Shown: piece by piece, positions 61,314 through 64,000 of the stretch
How positions within the stretch are numbered: the first letter of the stretch is position 1
Layout: every line of letters starts with the position of its first letter
Origin: Selaginella moellendorffii
Lineage: Eukaryota > Plantae > Lycopodiophyta
Direction: 5' to 3'
NCBI RefSeq assembly: GCF_000143415.4
Contig: NW_003314287.1
Location: 1,750,951-1,814,950 of the forward strand
Length of the DNA stretch: 64,000 nucleotides
Program-made: the position numbers and the translations under genes
The notes under the pieces: generated by a model
Seen by the model: only the letters and a program-made list of their open reading frames with translations
Database searches by the model: none
Told to the model about the DNA's origin: nothing

Positions 61314-63256
61314 AAAAACTGCTGTTTCCTGGAGGCAAGTAAAACTGTGGTGTTCATTTTATGATTTGCCTCAGACAAAACGATAAACCATTTGATTGCA
61401 GGGCGGCAAGTTCGTACGCACTCTTTTTCCTCCCCCGGTTCGTAGAATTTAGGAGCTTTAGCTCAGATAGGTACGTACGCTTTGTAGATGTCGTGAATTA
61501 TCAAGAGAGATTATTTTTTTATTTCGATCCCATTTACCGTTCACTTTTCTTTTTATCTTGGGAGCTGTGCAGGCAGATCGTGTCCAACAAGCTGAAACGC
61601 TGGGTAATTGTGGTTTTACAAGAAAAAAGAATTTTGACAAGGGGTTTTTTCCAGGTCCCAGATTGCCTAGTGGATCCGCTTAGCCGTACTCGACAGGCAT
61701 ATGCATGGACAGAGGTTTGGACGCATTGGCACTTGAAGAATGATTACGCTGATGATCCGACTTCTTAGGAGTGAGTATGTTTCTGGTCAGATGTGATTTG
61801 CGGTACTTATAAAGCATTGTAGAGCTGCAATTCACCGGTTGGAGCTTGCCAACGAGGTACCCGCATTCCTTTTCATTTTATCTATGCAAGTTTAAATGCC
61901 ATTCTTCAAGAATTATTCAAGCTTTTCAAAGGTTATGTTCGCTCTTGACCCTCGTGTATTTTATTATTCATTTTTACTGGAATTTTGTCGACCGACGAAG
62001 CTTTCACTCTCAGGTAACATCTGGCATTTTCGTGCAGACTGAAGGTGAATTCCGTTTTAGGTGGCCATCTTGCGGATTGATGGAGCAAGCAATGCAGCAG
62101 CCGTCTCCTTCCATCTGTCTATCAAAGCGATCGAAAGACTTTCGCTACGTGTAAAACGACGGCACAGGAAGAGTAAGCTTAAGTTCTTAGTGGTGAAGCT
62201 TCTCTTTTTTCACGGTCGGTGACCACTATTGCAAAGGAAATCCTGGTACACAATTTTAATTCTCTCTTGCTTTGTCGGCACCTAAAGCTTTCAACTCTTT
62301 TTCCTTCCTCTAGAGAGCAAAGGAGAAGGGCAATGCAATGCAAGAGAAAAGCCGAAAAGCTCTTCAAGCAAAGGATCCACGACTTCTCTTCAAGCGTCTC
62401 TCTCTCTCTCTTTTCGGTGAGTGTTCCTTTTGGTGGGTATCACTGTCGTCGCTCATGATAAACAAACGCAGGAAGGAACTTTAGCTACTCAAAACAATGA
62501 GAACATAGCGAAGGTTAATGGAATGGAAAGAGTTGTAGACCTTGTCAATTGGTGGGTGATTGCGACTAGCTACCACTTTGCGGATGGAGCCAGGCTATTG
62601 AATTGATCCTTCATTCGTGGGTGAAGAGAAGAAACTTCAATAGTTTAGAACTGATGGTTTGATTATATGGTTTTAACATGTCATGACGGAGTGGCAGCGC
62701 CCGCCGTCGATCCTCGCCAAACCAACGAGCGAGAGCTCGCCACGTAAGCTCTCGTTTTATTTCAACGGGTGCGCCGAACGTGTGAGGCTCTATCCAACGA
62801 TCTAGCGCTTGCCACGTCGGACTCTTTCGGCCTGACCGTGGAAGACGAGCACTGTTTGCCCGGGGAGTGGTGTTTGGCCTCTTGTTCCAGTAGGGCGCAG
62901 GGCGCGCAGCGTCTGGAGGAAGACAGGGCGTGGAGGAGCTGCGGCTATGGCGATCTAGTCCTGTTGCGGCGAGATTCTTGTTGCTAGGCCCTCGGATCCT
63001 CGGATTCCCGCGGCTGGAGCTGGAATCCTTGGAATTCTGGCTTGGATTTCGTAGGATTGGGCCGGGGCGGCGCGGGCGAGATAAGATGTTGTCCAGCAGG
63101 GATTCCAGGATTTCTCGCGGCGTGGTAGGGTTTGGAATCGAGCAATGCAGGTGAAATATCGTCACGGGAAGTATGTAGGGTAGAATTCGCGAGCAAGACT
63201 CTTCGATTCGTCCGGTCATGAGACGCGGTTTTGGAGTAGCAGCATTCTAGCAAGCA

Positions 63257-64000
63257 ATGGTGACGCCATTCGAGCGGCCACGAACTCGGTCAAACGCTGT
63301 AAGTTTCTTGATGGATTGCTACTTTGTGGATCCATTTTATGTTTGGTGTGCTTTGCCAGGTCTTCAAGAGTGGCCCGCTGTTGATTTCTTCCAAAGGTAG
63401 TCGAAGCGATGATTTCCTTCTCTATCTTAGCTCGTTTCCTCCGTTTCTTTTCACAGGTTTGGGATGGAAGTCATGGAAACGACGGTGGTTCATACTTACG
63501 AGGACGTCACTAGTCTTTTTCAAGGACGATCCGGTAATGCTACTGGTCCACTGATGCGCAGACTCACTCAGTCTTGCATACTTTTCTTCCCGAGCAGAAC
63601 GTTCTTCCGCTACGAGGAAGCGAAGCAAGCATGACGTTGGGTGGAATCGATCTCAATAATTCCGGGAGGTACGTATCTTCAGATTAAAGAAAGTTTGTCC
63701 TTGCTAAATGCGATTCGTTCTCTTTTCTGTTAGTGTTCTTGTTCGTGCCGATAAAAAGTTGCTCACTGTAATGTTCCCTGATGGCCGAACTGTTACCCTC
63801 AAGGTGCGTCATTTACGTTCGTAGAGGAATCTTGATGTATAGTGTATCTGTTTCTTAACTTCCGTAACCAACAGGCCGAGACATCGGAGGATGTGGAAGA
63901 ATGGAAGGTAGCCCTCGAGCGAGCGCTTGCTGCAGCCCCTAATGCCGCATTGGTAGTGGGGCACGATGGGATTTTTCGCAACGACTCTATTGATGTGATT
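63257..64000 (+). CDS. PH-domain RhoGAP (REN1/PHGAP family), 5' exons; continues past the window end
   Basis: FERPR...VFKSGPLLISSKG-LGWKSWKRRWFILTRTSLVFFKDDP, TLGGIDLNNSG, DKKLLTVMFPDGR, EEWKVALERALAAAPNAALVVGHDGIFRND. Confidence 0.93.

Noticed and set aside
62611-63253. 202-aa and other ORFs in the GC-rich region upstream of the RhoGAP
   Set aside because: No recognisable motifs; best explained as the promoter and 5' UTR (with intron) of the RhoGAP.

Overview
Eukaryotic plant nuclear DNA. The very short GT-AG introns, dense gene packing and intronless PLS-class PPR genes ending in a truncated E domain point to a lycophyte, most likely Selaginella (inference). Bases 1-25 kb are nested LTR retroelements. 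They include one family with 1.4-1.8 kb LTRs carrying a variable internal minisatellite, several solo LTRs, a second TRIM family, and two Cassandra-type TRIMs with 5S rRNA-derived LTR sequence; one Cassandra is young and intact with perfect TSDs. This region also holds a 3.5 kb near-identical duplication containing a truncated SAC3A pseudogene. Bases 25-64 kb hold genes for SAC3A, two PPR proteins, phosphoglycerate dehydrogenase, a trihelix factor, a nepenthesin-type aspartic protease, an At4g15545/NAIP-like protein, VAP27 and a PH-RhoGAP, plus a full-length Helitron with a disrupted RepHel ORF. Three observations stand out. (1) There are four copies of an unrecognised, intronless, AT-rich, ~148-aa secreted six-cysteine protein gene with a conserved TATA/leader. 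(2) A multi-exon gene encodes a stand-alone MyTH4-FERM protein with no kinesin or myosin motor. (3) The Cassandra elements share terminal motifs with, and nest reciprocally inside, a larger LTR family. All comparisons were made by eye.
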